DNA of 19,578 nt, from the UHGV virus genome UHGV-0149711, one strand, 5' to 3'. A program made the position numbers and the translations under genes. The notes below the pieces were generated by a model. The model was not told where the DNA came from. It searched no databases and was given only the letters and a program-made list of their open reading frames with translations. The stretch comes from a virus. Of the stretch, positions 9,920-19,250 are shown in pieces (positions within the stretch are counted from its first letter, which is position 1; every line of letters starts with the position of its first letter).

Positions 9920-9942
9920 TAAAAAGGGAGCCGAAGCTCCCT
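9920..9942 (-). terminator. Putative rho-independent terminator/attenuator immediately downstream of the coat gene
   Basis: The minus strand reads AGGGAGC-TTCG-GCTCCCT followed by TTTTTATCTGG: a perfect 7-bp GC-rich stem, a TTCG tetraloop and a T-run, starting about 8 nt after the coat stop codon. Confidence 0.6.
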
Positions 9943-9949
9943 CTGGTTA

Positions 9950-11245
9950 TCACGCGGTCTGATTAGGCAGACCAACACCAATTGCCTCTGGTCGTACAGC
10001 ACATGCTGAATACCACACAGCAATACGGCACTTACCAGACAGAGTGTTGATATCACCCTGCGTTGCGAAGATGCCGTTAACACCAATGCCAGGAATGCTG
10101 AAGGAAGAAGTTTTCATGCCAGCAAACAGTTCATGGGTTACCGGGATAGGCTGAGACAGCAGTCGGATTGAGTCATCAGCCCAGAACACGTTAGCGGTGG
10201 TTGTTGCCACGTTCAGAACATTTACCGGAGTGGCATCAGCAAGAGAGGTGTTTACGTTAGCGTAAGCCTTCTCTTCTTTTGTCAGTGACGCGTCATCCAG
10301 TGCAATCGGCTTCGGCGTGATTTCGATGTGAGTACTATCGATCACACGGGTGATTGAGAAAGTCGCATCATCAGTCAGCAAGTTCTTCGCCATCTGAGAC
10401 AGGAATTTCACACCAGTGAAGCTGATTTTGTCGCCGCGCTTAAACCCGGTGGTGGAGGATACGGTCACCGTTGCAACACGGTTGTCGACGTTCTCTTTGT
10501 TACCATCGGTATCAAGGGTGTATGCCTGCGGCTTAAACTTCTGCGCACCAGAAACAGTTACACCAGTAGCGGTTGACTTGGTAACTGCCGGAAGTTTCGG
10601 TGAGCGAAGAATTTCATCAAAGCCAGCAATCTGACGCTGAATAGTACCGTTGCGATACGCGTCTTCAGTAACGCGCCCGAAGATGTCACCATCTACCAGG
10701 TCGCGGCCTGCTTTGCGGTAATCGTCAGGGTTCAGGAAGTAACTGATGCCCATATCGCGGTTTAGCTCACGGGAGAACATCAGGCGCTCTGCATCAGACA
10801 CAAAATCCCAGCCAGACAGGCCAGTAGATGGACCAATTGCGCGGGTATCGTGAACAACAAGTGAGCCCATTTCGGTTGCCTGTTTGGCAATTGCTGACTC
10901 AATGTTATTCGCCAGTTTTTTGGCGGATGCCTGGATGCGGCGACGGTAAGAACGCTCATCACGCAGGTCATCTGCACGAAGCTCGAAGAAATCGTTATCC
11001 GGATCGCCCATGTTGCATTTCACGGACAGCTCCAGAATCCCGGTTGCGTTGCCAGTTAAATCCCAGCCAGTCTGAGTTGGCGCTTCCTGCTCAACAGGCA
11101 TCCACACGGTGTTGCTTGAACGTTGCATGGATTCTGCCGGAGGGGTGTATTTTGTCACTTTGGACGCCATTGGCGTCAGGTTCTGGACGGTTTCGATGAT
11201 TTCATCCAGAGCATACGTGACCAGTTGACCTTCATTTAATGCCAT
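9950..11245 (-). CDS. Major capsid (coat) protein, P22 gp5-like
   Basis: 431 aa. MALNEGQ...[25 protein letters not shown]...RQIAGFD..LRSPKLP..TKSTATG.TVSGAQ.FKP...[35 protein letters not shown]...[13 protein letters not shown] matches P22 coat protein along its whole length as recalled. Confidence 0.97.
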   Translation of the reverse strand: MALNEGQLVTYALDEIIETVQNLTPMASKVTKYTPPAESMQRSSNTVWMPVEQEAPTQTGWDLTGNATGILELSVKCNMGDPDNDFFELRADDLRDERSYRRRIQASAKKLANNIESAIAKQATEMGSLVVHDTRAIGPSTGLSGWDFVSDAERLMFSRELNRDMGISYFLNPDDYRKAGRDLVDGDIFGRVTEDAYRNGTIQRQIAGFDEILRSPKLPAVTKSTATGVTVSGAQKFKPQAYTLDTDGNKENVDNRVATVTVSSTTGFKRGDKISFTGVKFLSQMAKNLLTDDATFSITRVIDSTHIEITPKPIALDDASLTKEEKAYANVNTSLADATPVNVLNVATTTANVFWADDSIRLLSQPIPVTHELFAGMKTSSFSIPGIGVNGIFATQGDINTLSGKCRIAVWYSACAVRPEAIGVGLPNQTA

Positions 11246-12156
11246 TATCGAATTCCTTTATTCAGTTGCGCCTTGAGCTTGCGGTATGTCTCTACATCCC
11301 CTTTGTTTGCTGCCGCTTCCATCTGCTTTTCAATCGCAGAGATATTTGCAGCAACAGCGTGTCCCTGAATGGGTTCATCAGGTAACGGGGCTTCTGAAAC
11401 AGGCTTGGCTCGAGGCTTGAGAGTTAAACGTTCTGACAGTCGAGTGAGTTCAATCAGCGCGGATTGCCCGTCCATCGCCAGCAACTGGCGTGTTTTCTCA
11501 GGATTAGCACCAAGGTGATACATGAGAGCAGCGGATTTCTCCGGGAAGAGGCGCATGATGTCGGCACCGACTGCTGGCGGCACCAGTTGCATGAATGCAT
11601 CCTCTTTCTCCTGATAGTCAGGGATATTGAGCTTTTCCGCTGCATCGTAGTGCTTACGGGCGGCCTCGACGTATTGCGCTGATTGCTGGGTGAACTCCTG
11701 AGTTTTGCGGCCCTGCTCGGCGACAGCCTGGCTTCGTGCGTCCATAGCCTTGATCTGCCATTCACTGTTTGCCTGCTGGAAGGCCGCCAGTGCGCGGCTC
11801 TGGTCATAGTCGTACTTAGCCAGTGCGTCTTCGGAAAGATAATCGTTAGGGTCTGGTTGTTTTGGTAACTCAGGGTTCACCCGCAGGTGCTCCGGCAATT
11901 CTCCACGCTTAACCGCTTCCATCTGCTGCTCAAGCTCACGCTGGCGTTTGCGTTCGATGCGGCGACGGGCAAATTCAGCATTAGTTGCCGGGTCTTGTTT
12001 TGGTTTCTCATCGTCTTTCAGGACAATCTCGAAGCCTTCTTCCTGACCTGCGTTGTCGTTGGCATTATCGACAACTAAGCCATCAGCAGATGCCGCTGCA
12101 TGATTGCCGGGCAGGGTTAATTCTTCAGAAGCCTGAATGTCGGTGGTTTGGTCCAT
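11245..12156 (-). CDS. Scaffolding protein (P22 gp8-like)
   Basis: 303 aa (the same length as P22 gp8), highly charged and helical in character, located between portal and coat, with a 1-nt overlap with the coat start. Confidence 0.9.
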   Translation of the reverse strand: MDQTTDIQASEELTLPGNHAAASADGLVVDNANDNAGQEEGFEIVLKDDEKPKQDPATNAEFARRRIERKRQRELEQQMEAVKRGELPEHLRVNPELPKQPDPNDYLSEDALAKYDYDQSRALAAFQQANSEWQIKAMDARSQAVAEQGRKTQEFTQQSAQYVEAARKHYDAAEKLNIPDYQEKEDAFMQLVPPAVGADIMRLFPEKSAALMYHLGANPEKTRQLLAMDGQSALIELTRLSERLTLKPRAKPVSEAPLPDEPIQGHAVAANISAIEKQMEAAANKGDVETYRKLKAQLNKGIR

Positions 12157-12169
12157 GATTAACTCTCTC

Positions 12170-14335
12170 TTATTGAGGTGTCTCGGCTACTCCGCCGGAG
12201 GGGATTTGAACTTGACGCATAAGATTCGCGAAATCCATGCGTTGTGAATGAGTCTGGTCTGCATCTTTAAGAAGCAGCTCAGCGTTAGCACGAGCATCTT
12301 TGCTGCGCTGTTGCTGGAATTGACCTACGAGCTTGAGGTACTCACGCAGTTCTGCCTGCTTGTCGAGGTCCATATTGTTGAAGATTTCTGCAATCTTCGC
12401 GGCGTTGAGTTGGTTTTGAGCTTCAACCTTGGCAGCTTCAACCTGAATCTGCGCCTGTTGGTTCTCTGCCTTGAGCAATTCAGCCTGACCTTGCAGAAGG
12501 ATACCCTGCGCCTGAATTTGCTCTGCTGATGGCTGCTGCGGCTGCTGTTGCGCCTGTTGTACCATCTCCATCTCTTCAGGTGTTTCTGGTTTCTTCAGCC
12601 CCATCATCACCAGTTGCTTGTTCGCGTACTCTCGCATCATCTCGACGCCTTTACCGTCAAGCAGCGTGAAGTATTGCAGCATCAGCATCTGGAACTCTGG
12701 AGTACCTTGCGGAACCTTGGTGAGTAACTCCTGAATCTCTGCGCGGTTCTGTTCCTTCATACTCTGGAAGGATGGTCCAACGTCCGTATAACACTCATAG
12801 CGACCACGAATGTCGTTGAGTGTGACCACATTGCCGGACTGGTAATCTACAACTTGCGCGTAGAGTTGAACGTCTTTCTCGCTTCCGTCTTCAAGAGTCA
12901 GCGTTACATGGCGAGGAACGTCATAAATATCGTTGACCATTGAGGCATAAATCTCGCCATCACGTCGCATTGCGGTAGCCAGGTTATCCTGAAACACGTA
13001 TGTCTCAAGGTCTGCCCGCATGTTCAGTTGATTGACGGTATCGAAAGCGACCTGACCATTTGCCGCCTGCGCATCCACGCCAAGACTAGCCACCTCTTTC
13101 ACTGCGTTGGTGGCTGCCTCAAGCATGTAAGCGTTGGCTTGCGGCACTTCAGGGTTTTCCATGTAGGAGATTGGACCAATCGGCAGGTCGTTACCGTTTT
13201 CATCGGTCCTGTTCTGCAGATAGTACGGATAGTCATCATTTCCACCGTACATGTATTCGTAGCCTTCGATTTGCTCAGGGAAGAAGGTCGGTTTCTTCTT
13301 CGGTGAACGAGCAACAATATCGGCGTTGAACGACATGATCATGTTACGAAGGCGTTGACCGTCTTTCGTCAGCCTTACCACTCCTTCATAGCACTCCTTG
13401 TCACCAGCGAATGACCATTCACCATACACTGGAACGATTGGAATATGCTCTCCGGCTATCTTCTCGCGGTCTTTCAGTATCTGCGTACAGGTGATGATCG
13501 ACTTATACACACGCCGACGCTTCACCTTGCGCTCTGCTACCTTAATGAATCCACGATTAGCCAGGTCGTCGATGACGTCTTTGATATCCTGCTGGTAATA
13601 GCTTACCGGCTCACCTGTCAGCGGGTCGCGGTAGATGAAGACTTTCTCTTTCTTCTCTTCGACCTCGTAATACTCAGCGACGTAGACGACATCATTCGAT
13701 ACCCACGGAAACAGCCATGTATCGTTCGGATTCTGGAAAGATGGCAAGGTGTCCGGATCAATACCGTAATCCTCTGCGAACTCTTTCCAGCCATTGCGCG
13801 ACAAGGCGTTAATCACCGTGCAGTGCTTAGCGTCGCTCTTATCCATCTGCTTGCTGTTGGCGTCCCATATGACGTGTGAGCAGGCTTCATGGATTGGCAG
13901 GCGTCTGATTACCTGGTTGTTGCTTGTTGGATCGTTGTCTTCGTACTGTGTGACCAGACGCCATGCACCAACGCCGGACTCTATCTGCTCACGAACGCCA
14001 ACGTTAACGGCAATTTTTGCCGTGTTATGGCGCATATCGGTACGATACATTCCCATCAACACATCGGCAGCATCAGGATTAGCTCCGTCTTTTGGTCTGA
14101 AGAGAACGTCGATAGGGTTACGGCGCATCTCTGCGACCAGCTTCCTGACCACCGGGCGAACAACATCGAATTGTCCGCGATATTGCAGGGTAGTGTAGTT
14201 TGATAGCCAGTCATCCCATTGCGACACTCGGCTAAAATACAGGTCATTTGTCGCCTCGGTTCTGGCTTCATCGCTCGCCATCCAGTCCGCGTCAAACTTA
14301 CACAGAATGGAATTGAGTCTGTTTTCGTCGGCCAT
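12170..14335 (-). CDS. Portal protein (P22 gp1-like)
   Basis: 721 aa. The N-terminus [66 protein letters not shown]... and the C-terminal Gln-rich barrel segment match P22 portal as recalled. Confidence 0.97.
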   Translation of the reverse strand: MADENRLNSILCKFDADWMASDEARTEATNDLYFSRVSQWDDWLSNYTTLQYRGQFDVVRPVVRKLVAEMRRNPIDVLFRPKDGANPDAADVLMGMYRTDMRHNTAKIAVNVGVREQIESGVGAWRLVTQYEDNDPTSNNQVIRRLPIHEACSHVIWDANSKQMDKSDAKHCTVINALSRNGWKEFAEDYGIDPDTLPSFQNPNDTWLFPWVSNDVVYVAEYYEVEEKKEKVFIYRDPLTGEPVSYYQQDIKDVIDDLANRGFIKVAERKVKRRRVYKSIITCTQILKDREKIAGEHIPIVPVYGEWSFAGDKECYEGVVRLTKDGQRLRNMIMSFNADIVARSPKKKPTFFPEQIEGYEYMYGGNDDYPYYLQNRTDENGNDLPIGPISYMENPEVPQANAYMLEAATNAVKEVASLGVDAQAANGQVAFDTVNQLNMRADLETYVFQDNLATAMRRDGEIYASMVNDIYDVPRHVTLTLEDGSEKDVQLYAQVVDYQSGNVVTLNDIRGRYECYTDVGPSFQSMKEQNRAEIQELLTKVPQGTPEFQMLMLQYFTLLDGKGVEMMREYANKQLVMMGLKKPETPEEMEMVQQAQQQPQQPSAEQIQAQGILLQGQAELLKAENQQAQIQVEAAKVEAQNQLNAAKIAEIFNNMDLDKQAELREYLKLVGQFQQQRSKDARANAELLLKDADQTHSQRMDFANLMRQVQIPSGGVAETPQ

Positions 14336-15835
14336 TTAAGTTCTCCGTGCGATGGGCCTGATTGGGGCTGGTATCTTTTTCTCTTTTGGTTTTTTGATGT
14401 CGCGCATCATTTTGGCGAAGCGGCGCATCATGTATGCATAGCGAACGGCGGATAGCACGTCGTCGTTAAGCTTGACGATCTTCCCGTTTTCATCACGGTG
14501 ATAGAGGCGGAACTCCTCAAAGAATGGCTCACAGGTGTTGAATACTTTGAAGCGACCATCAAGCATCATGTCGCGCAATTCAGTGATTCCAGGCTCCACA
14601 GCGTTACCGCCATCAGGCCATGTCGCATGCTCCTGCAACATCATAAAACCAGCGTCCGCGTACTGCCCTTTGAGCTGCTCACCGCCGCCCTTCTCATGCT
14701 GGTTTCCGTCATGAGGCCATGCGGTTGGCACTTTATGCGCCCATGATTTAACAGCTCCCCATGCCTGAACAGCTGTTTTTTCTTTCGCCTTCCACACGCG
14801 TGAAACGTAGATTGTGTCTGCGTCCTTATCCCACCAAAGCTGAACCTGCGCCTGTGGGTGATCCCATCCAAAATCCATCCCACCAATTACGTAGAAGTGA
14901 TCAGGACACTCGAACGGCTGACACTTAATAGTCTCTTCCGGTATCTGGAAGATTCGACCGCTACCCATCGTAGGAATACCGCGAGCACGCGCCTCTCTCT
15001 CATGCTCGGGATAGGATGCGATGATTTGCTCTTTCTGCTCGTCGGTGTAGTGCTCAGCGTCATAGATGGTCATGTTGACCACTTTCTGCGACTTGCTGGG
15101 ATTCTTCAGGAACTTGGTAACAACGTCAGACATCCCCATCAGCGGGGTAAACGTCAGAATTGAGAATTGCCCGTATTTGTTGGTACGGGTAAGGCCTTCG
15201 CCATAAATGCTGTATGGTGGCTCTTCGTCAAACCACACGCCGTGGATTGTGTCACCCTGCCAGCGAGCGCGGCCTTGCGAGTATGGTTTGAAGTAGCAGA
15301 TTGAAATGCCATCTTCAACGCCATCAGCCGTGTGATGCTTAACCAGAAGATGATCAACAAGGTTCGGAAAGAAAGGAGACTTCTTCCAGCTAATGATGTC
15401 TTCTTTAGGTATGGAACCGTAGCCTGGCTCATCATTCTCTTCGATACGACCACACAGGATGCGTTGAGTCGTTTTGGTTACAGTCTCGTTTGTCTCGCCG
15501 CCAATCCAGAAGACAACAGGCTCATAGAAACGCTTACCTTTCCACTCCCCACCATATTTACCATCAGCCGGATAGCCTTTTGTTCCCGGATAACGCCCGG
15601 TAAGGTGAAACGCGACTTCAGCAGCCCCAGTAAATGACTTACCAAGCTGGTTCCCAGCCATAAAACAGCGCTCTGGATAGTCATGCCCGGCGTCGATGAA
15701 CTCACGCTGTTTGCTGTATGGCGTAAATTCATATAGCAGGTGTGTGTTCCGGTAGTTCTCTTCTTCTTCGAGTAGCTCGAGCAACTCGATTTGCTCTTCG
15801 TCGCTCAGGTTATCAAGAATCGCGTCCAGTTCCAC
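14336..15835 (-). CDS. Terminase large subunit (P22 gp2-like)
   Basis: 499 aa. [37 protein letters not shown]...GNQLGKS (Walker A)... is near-identical to P22 gp2 as recalled. Its start overlaps the 3' end of the small-terminase gene. Confidence 0.97.
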   Translation of the reverse strand: MELDAILDNLSDEEQIELLELLEEEENYRNTHLLYEFTPYSKQREFIDAGHDYPERCFMAGNQLGKSFTGAAEVAFHLTGRYPGTKGYPADGKYGGEWKGKRFYEPVVFWIGGETNETVTKTTQRILCGRIEENDEPGYGSIPKEDIISWKKSPFFPNLVDHLLVKHHTADGVEDGISICYFKPYSQGRARWQGDTIHGVWFDEEPPYSIYGEGLTRTNKYGQFSILTFTPLMGMSDVVTKFLKNPSKSQKVVNMTIYDAEHYTDEQKEQIIASYPEHEREARARGIPTMGSGRIFQIPEETIKCQPFECPDHFYVIGGMDFGWDHPQAQVQLWWDKDADTIYVSRVWKAKEKTAVQAWGAVKSWAHKVPTAWPHDGNQHEKGGGEQLKGQYADAGFMMLQEHATWPDGGNAVEPGITELRDMMLDGRFKVFNTCEPFFEEFRLYHRDENGKIVKLNDDVLSAVRYAYMMRRFAKMMRDIKKPKEKKIPAPIRPIARRT

Positions 15836-16301
15836 GGTTGAATAGCTCCTTGATACGAGAGCGTCGCTTATCGCGATCTCCCTTATCAGGTGTCACGTCT
15901 TCAACTTGCGACTGCTCTTTGAGGCCCAAATCACGGGCGATGATGTTAGCGTTGAGAAGGTCAGCGGCAGCGCCAGAGAATTTCTGGTCGTAGATGATGT
16001 CTTCCGCTCGTGATGTGACGTCAGAAAAACCTTCCATTGACCGGAAGGTTCCCCATGTTTGCCTGGTGATATCAAGGAAGGTACACAATCCTGAAATAGT
16101 CATGGCTCGCATCTTAGGGACATTAGCCTTAATTATTTCTCCCTGATATGAAAATACCTTACCCTCCCATAGCGGGTTATCATCAGCCCACTCGAAGTAT
16201 TCACAACAAGCAGCCCACAGCGCCTCAGGCGATTCGAATTTAGGATTTCGCCCATGACTACTGCGGGCCTCCCAAAATCGGTTGCCCTTTGGTGCTGCCA
16301 T
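15813..16301 (-). CDS. Terminase small subunit (P22 gp3-like)
   Basis: 162 aa. [38 protein letters not shown]...[59 protein letters not shown] matches P22 gp3 as recalled, with a divergent central segment. SD AAGGGA upstream. Confidence 0.95.
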   Translation of the reverse strand: MAAPKGNRFWEARSSHGRNPKFESPEALWAACCEYFEWADDNPLWEGKVFSYQGEIIKANVPKMRAMTISGLCTFLDITRQTWGTFRSMEGFSDVTSRAEDIIYDQKFSGAAADLLNANIIARDLGLKEQSQVEDVTPDKGDRDKRRSRIKELFNRGTGRDS

Positions 16302-16306
16302 ATTGA

Positions 16307-16396
16307 TTATTTCCCTTCTGCTTGCTTATCCCATTCATCGCGGAATTTGGATGGGTTGTCGAAGCCCTGAGAGCCTGAACAAACTTTGATTACCAT
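16307..16396 (-). CDS. Putative 29-codon micro-ORF immediately upstream of the small terminase gene
   Basis: ATG at 16396..16394 overlaps the stop of the upstream Cys-rich ORF (TAATG). SD AAGGAG is 7 nt upstream. It encodes [29 protein letters not shown] and its stop is 5 nt before the gp3 ATG. Not in the ORF track (below its length cutoff). Confidence 0.25.
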   Translation of the reverse strand: MVIKVCSGSQGFDNPSKFRDEWDKQAEGK

Positions 16397-16590
16397 TACT
16401 TAGCTCCTTTCTGCTTGCCTGTGTTTGATGTCGTTTCAGCAGCAGCCCCAGAGCAATTAACGCTACCCGCAACACCATATCCATAACCAGTCTTGAAGAA
16501 ATTATTGCCAGTAAATTGGTTAACAATCTTCCCGCAGCACGGGCAGCGTTGGCATTGGCAATAAGGGGATTGATTATTCCAGTGATACAT
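16396..16590 (-). CDS. Small Cys-rich / Gly-rich hypothetical protein (64 aa)
   Basis: I trimmed the track ORF 16396..16665 to the ATG at 16590, which has a strong SD (AGGAGA, 6-nt spacer). Product: MYHWNNQSPYCQCQRCPCCGKIVNQFTGNNFFKTGYGYGVAGSVNCSGAAAETTSNTGKQKGAK. It has no transmembrane segment and carries a CxCxxCxCC cluster. Confidence 0.4.
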   Translation of the reverse strand: MYHWNNQSPYCQCQRCPCCGKIVNQFTGNNFFKTGYGYGVAGSVNCSGAAAETTSNTGKQKGAK

Positions 16591-16963
16591 CTTGTTTCTC
16601 CTGAATGAATGGCAGGAAGTGATTAACCATCCTGTCCAGCATGTAACAGTACGTCTCGTTGGCATCTTCAGGCCTTGTCGTCACGCCGACATCAGAGCAA
16701 ACGTAAAAGCAGACGTGGGCGCACTCATGAACGAGCGTAGCGATCTGCTGATCGAATACTCCAATCAGATAGCATCGCTCACCCGTATCAGTGTTTTCAT
16801 AGTTGCTTGCAAACCCAAGATTGAATGGCTTCTCATCCCCGCTGCCGCCAAGGAATTTATCAGCGTGCTGAAACTGTTCTCTGGTTGTTGCGAGGTAGAC
16901 ATGTGCACTTTGAAACAGCGGAATGGTGAACGCCGGGAGTTTGTGCCATTTGGCCTTAGCCAT
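16574..16963 (-). CDS. Putative zinc metallopeptidase (HExxH motif), family unassigned
   Basis: 129 aa with HECAH at residues 79-83 (nt 16715..16729), preceded by hydrophobic residues (IATLVHECAHV) as in SprT-like or ImmA/DUF955-type peptidases. SD GGAG is 8 nt upstream. Its ATG is 1 nt after the stop of the upstream 80-aa ORF. Confidence 0.55.
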   Translation of the reverse strand: MAKAKWHKLPAFTIPLFQSAHVYLATTREQFQHADKFLGGSGDEKPFNLGFASNYENTDTGERCYLIGVFDQQIATLVHECAHVCFYVCSDVGVTTRPEDANETYCYMLDRMVNHFLPFIQEKQDVSLE

Positions 16964-16964
16964 A

Positions 16965-17207
16965 TCACACTCCGGTGGTGAACAGGTCTAACGCTTCCTT
17001 CGATTTACGCACCGCTTCGATAGTTCGGGTCGTGATATCTGAATTAGCGCCACCTGACTGGAAGTGAATTTTGAATAGCTCAAGCTTCAGCTCGTCAGTG
17101 CCAATGAATTGAAATGCTTCTTCTGCGGCTGCGTTCTGGTTCATGACCAGTTTGTAAATCTCTAACTGGAATTTCTGTTCTTCAGTCATGGGAATAATCT
17201 CTGCCAT
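16965..17207 (-). CDS. Hypothetical small protein (80 aa), first gene of the small-ORF string upstream of the terminase
   Basis: MAEIIPMTEEQKFQLEIYKLVMNQNAAAEEAFQFIGTDELKLELFKIHFQ... SD GGAG is 7 nt upstream. It is tightly coupled to the downstream HExxH ORF. Its size and position recall the small ORF I remember upstream of P22 gene 3, but I cannot verify this. Confidence 0.5.
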   Translation of the reverse strand: MAEIIPMTEEQKFQLEIYKLVMNQNAAAEEAFQFIGTDELKLELFKIHFQSGGANSDITTRTIEAVRKSKEALDLFTTGV

Positions 17208-17463
17208 TGTTGGCTCCGTTTATCCGTTAAAAGGGATATCAGTTAAGTTATCCCGTGTAGGGTATAAGCCATTGTCGAGACCACTCATTGAATGGCCTCT
17301 GCAATAACCGATGTCTTTCCATCAGTCCGCCACCACAAAGAATCTTTTTTGCCATAAGGCTGGAGGTTCATCTTTCAGTGGCTGCCAGTGTTATTTCCCC
17401 ACTTACTGGCTTGGGTTGTTTCGCGGTACTGCCGTAATGCAAAAACTGGATTAACCTGCGAAA

Positions 17464-17994
17464 TCACACCATTCCGGGCAAATACATTTGCACTTCATTT
17501 GCCGCTCTCTCACGTGCAACATGAAGCAATCTTTTTCGCCCACCAACGCCCCACTTAGCCATTTGGTTTGCGCACTGGCTTATCGCTTTGGTTTCAGTAT
17601 TGATGATGTGATCGATTCTATTCAGACGGGACATTGCGCCAACGCCGAGACGGACAACCGTTTTGAAAACTTCATAAACTTCGATTTCAAATTCCGGCTT
17701 AATCCATGCTGCATATCTGATTGCCAGAAGTTCAACACCCCACACACCTGGTTCTGCACCACCTTTGATTGTTTTAAGTGGTTGAATTTGTTCCAAAGTG
17801 CTTTTTTGCACTTTGGCCTCCAGTGCTTTTATGAAGCGTTTTATCTGCGCGCTACGCAAAAACTGGCTTGGGCGCTGTTGCTCTGTAGCCTCTCCATTTG
17901 CAACTGCTGCTGCATGGAGATCGTTTAAGTTGTAGCGTCCATCCTCATCAACACGAACGGACACACCATTGACAATAACTGTTGGGTACTTCAT
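17464..17994 (-). CDS. KilA-N domain-like protein (putative DNA-binding/regulatory accessory gene)
   Basis: 176 aa. The N-terminal pattern TVIVNGVSVRVDEDGRYNLNDLHAAAVANG fits the KilA-N/APSES-type signature (I..R.D.DGRY.LNDLH.A.G). It is flanked by non-coding DNA on both sides (17208-17463 and 17995-18339). Confidence 0.55.
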   Translation of the reverse strand: MKYPTVIVNGVSVRVDEDGRYNLNDLHAAAVANGEATEQQRPSQFLRSAQIKRFIKALEAKVQKSTLEQIQPLKTIKGGAEPGVWGVELLAIRYAAWIKPEFEIEVYEVFKTVVRLGVGAMSRLNRIDHIINTETKAISQCANQMAKWGVGGRKRLLHVARERAANEVQMYLPGMV

Positions 17995-18140
17995 CAGTGA
18001 TTACCTTTTAGTGATGAACCTTGTCACACAGGATTCCGGCCCACAGAAAGGCACCGATCACCAAACCGGCATCCTCAAGGGTCATCCTGAAAGGTTCTGT
18101 GTTCAGAAGTCGCGCGTGTGAAGCGCGTTTGTTGCAGATA

Positions 18141-18165
18141 TAAAAAAGCCCCGCGAATGCGAGGC
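18141..18165 (-). terminator. Putative rho-independent terminator downstream of Rz
   Basis: The minus strand reads GCCTCGC-ATTC-GCGGGGC followed by TTTTTTAT: a 7-bp GC-rich stem with one G.U pair and a U-run. A second GC hairpin (CGCGC-N7-GCGCG, 18111-18127) is adjacent. Confidence 0.55.
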
Positions 18166-18339
18166 TAAATCCTGGTGTTTGTGATGACTGGCTCTTATCT
18201 CAACGCAGCCCCTTACCGCGCGCCATATGCTCAATATCAAGCATCAGCAATGAGATGTTTAATCTGGATTCACTCCAGAAGTGATCACCACCCTGTCTAC
18301 AGAGCCAGATGTGAAGGATGATGAGTAAAATTATCGCTA

Positions 18340-18777
18340 TCATCGAAGGCATTGCGTCCTGATGTATTCCTGCAGGTAGTTAACCTGCGCGGTTATCTTG
18401 TCGATTCCACTTCGGAGACGGTAATAATTGAGTTCAGCATCTGCTGTAAGTCTTGGGCTTTCTCCATCGCCCATGCCGCTGGCTCCGGTCGTTGACTTTG
18501 CACAGGTGGCGGCGACTTGCAGGCGCTTACGACCAGCAGAAACATCAGCACGGAGACTTTCGATAGTAGCGTTAGCATCAGCAAGCTCCTTTGTGTATCT
18601 GGCGTCGAGTTCTGCTACGTCACGTTGACGCTTCTGCATGTCAGCGATTGTGGATGCGGCCTTATCTCGCTGCTCTTTGTAGGCGATGGCGTTATCACGG
18701 TAATGATTAACAGCCCATGACAGGCAGACGATGATGCAGATAATCAGAGCGGGGATAATCGCGGTTACTCTGCTCAT
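18340..18777 (-). CDS. Rz: Rz i-spanin (inner-membrane spanin subunit)
   Basis: 145 aa. [37 protein letters not shown] matches the lambda Rz N-terminus (N-terminal TM, coiled-coil periplasmic domain). The C-terminal half is divergent. It overlaps the R stop. Confidence 0.92.
   Translation of the reverse strand: MSRVTAIIPALIICIIVCLSWAVNHYRDNAIAYKEQRDKAASTIADMQKRQRDVAELDARYTKELADANATIESLRADVSAGRKRLQVAATCAKSTTGASGMGDGESPRLTADAELNYYRLRSGIDKITAQVNYLQEYIRTQCLR
18393..18584 (-). CDS. Rz1: Rz1 o-spanin (outer-membrane lipoprotein) embedded in Rz in the +1 frame
   Basis: 63-aa ORF lying wholly inside Rz. It has a signal peptide ending in a lipobox (VVSA-C) and a Pro-rich mature region ([14 protein letters not shown]...), which is the classic lambda Rz/Rz1 architecture. 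Confidence 0.8.
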   Translation of the reverse strand: MLMLTLLSKVSVLMFLLVVSACKSPPPVQSQRPEPAAWAMEKAQDLQQMLNSIITVSEVESTR

Positions 18778-19250
18778 ACCTCAATCTCTCTGACCGTTCC
18801 GCCCGCTTCTTTGAATTTTGCAATCAGGCTGTCAGCCTTATGCTCGAACTGACCATAACCAGCGCCCGGCAGTGAAGCCCAGATATTGCTGCAACGGTCG
18901 ATAGCCTGACGAATATCACCGCGATCAATCATCGGTAAAGCGCCACGCTCTTTAATCTGCTGCAATGCAACAGCATCCTGGCTTTTAGGAGAGAAGTCTT
19001 TCAGGCCAAGCTGCTTACGATAGGCATCCCACCAACGGGAAAGAAGCTGGTAACGTCCGGCTGCTGTTGATTTGAGTTTGGGGTTTAGCGTGACAAGTTT
19101 GCGAGGGTGATCGGAGTAATCAGTGAATAGCCCTCCTCCTACAATGACGTCATAACCATGATTTCTGGTTTTCTGACGTCCGTTATCAGTTCCCTCTGAC
19201 CACGCCAGCATATCGAGGAACGCCTTACGTTGATTATTGATTTCCACCAT
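18774..19250 (-). CDS. R: Endolysin, lambda R-type lytic transglycosylase
   Basis: 158 aa. [154 protein letters not shown] is essentially lambda R as recalled. Confidence 0.96.
   Translation of the reverse strand: MVEINNQRKAFLDMLAWSEGTDNGRQKTRNHGYDVIVGGGLFTDYSDHPRKLVTLNPKLKSTAAGRYQLLSRWWDAYRKQLGLKDFSPKSQDAVALQQIKERGALPMIDRGDIRQAIDRCSNIWASLPGAGYGQFEHKADSLIAKFKEAGGTVREIEV

Noticed and set aside
9907-10086. N-terminal extension of the track ORF 9676..10086
   Set aside because: That portion overlaps the 3' end of the coat gene in another frame and precedes the coat terminator; the internal ATG at 9906 with a GGAGA SD is the plausible start.
10828-11199. Plus-strand 123-aa ORF
   Set aside because: It is antisense within the coat gene, which matches P22 gp5 along its length.
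11454-11807. Minus-strand 117-aa ORF
   Set aside because: It lies inside the scaffold gene in an alternative frame, with an Arg/Ser-rich composition typical of an off-frame artefact.
13445-14198. Plus-strand ORFs of 144, 134 and 104 aa
   Set aside because: All are antisense within the portal gene.
14858-15637. Plus-strand 101-aa ORFs
   Set aside because: They are antisense within the large terminase gene.
16335-16526. Minus-strand 63-aa hydrophobic ORF
   Set aside because: It overlaps the SD-supported Cys-rich ORF and the micro-ORF in another frame and has no SD of its own.
16592-16981. Plus-strand 129-aa ORF mirroring the HExxH ORF
   Set aside because: The minus-strand ORF has an SD, start/stop coupling to neighbours in the operon direction and a HExxH motif; the plus-strand frame has none of these.
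17208-17463. Possible tRNA or small ORF in the 256-bp gap upstream of the 80-aa ORF
   Set aside because: I saw no T-arm-like GGTTCGAATCC motif or cloverleaf-compatible repeats, and the short ORFs (28-35 aa) lack an SD.
17488-17928. Plus-strand 146-aa ORF
   Set aside because: It is antisense to the KilA-N-like gene; it is Cys-rich with no recognisable motif or RBS.
17995-18339. Possible small ORFs (13-46 aa) or a bor-like gene in the gap after Rz
   Set aside because: The only ATG-initiated frames I found are short and lack convincing SD sequences or lipoprotein features; I treat the gap as non-coding and terminator-bearing.
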